Shown one piece after another: positions 17,691 through 17,799 of a stretch of 17,799 bases of DNA; position 1 is the first letter of the stretch, and each line of letters opens with the position of its first letter. Origin of the DNA: Prasinococcaceae sp. CCMP 1430 (Eukaryota; Plantae; Prasinodermophyta). A program made the translations under genes and the position numbers. The stretch spans positions 288,189-305,987 of the forward strand of contig RQSC01000001.1 in NCBI GenBank assembly GCA_013416795.1, read 5' to 3'. The notes beneath the pieces are model-generated. The model made no database searches. It had not been told where the DNA came from and worked only from the letters and a program-made list of their open reading frames with translations.

Positions 17691-17799
17691 GGCGCCTCGG
17701 CGCGCGTGCGCGTCGGACACTGCAGAAAAGCGCAGCAGGAGCCGGCGCCACTGCGCGCGCGCGCGGCGGGGCGCGCGGCGGGGCGCGCCCTCCGCCTCC

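Noticed and set aside
1-17799. Transposase, reverse transcriptase, integrase or viral genes
   Set aside because: No DDE, YXDD, HUH or capsid motifs were recognised in any frame, and no terminal inverted repeats with target-site duplications were seen.

Overview
Gene-dense, very GC-rich (roughly 70% by eye) eukaryotic nuclear DNA with short GT-AG introns. It most likely comes from a green-lineage microalga of prasinophyte type; this is inferred from a plastid ENO1-type enolase, an RH47/ISE1-like helicase, a plant-type TLD protein and GCTGAC branch points. Left to right: (CA)n; an internal fragment of a DEAD-box helicase (-); kinesin-13 (+) with two apparent 1-nt frameshifts; a 4-exon matrin-type zinc-finger/RGG gene (-); the N-terminal half of a second, KIF12/kinesin-16-like motor (-); enolase (+) lacking its N-terminus; an ALG8 glucosyltransferase (-) whose last exon runs in frame into two 60-aa Tudor-like repeats; a TLD-domain gene (-); a candidate box C/D RNA; an orphan 31-codon exon; an NAD(P)-binding Rossmann protein (+) lacking its N-terminus; and a SnRK2-like kinase (-). 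The assembly is imperfect: two N gaps, two single Ns that probably hide missing sequence, and frameshifts. Several truncations may therefore be artefacts. The best candidates for novelty are the ALG8-tandem-Tudor fusion, the box C/D-like RNA, and the repeated abutment of gene fragments against AT-rich islands with no N at the break. No transposase, CRISPR array, rRNA or tRNA was found.
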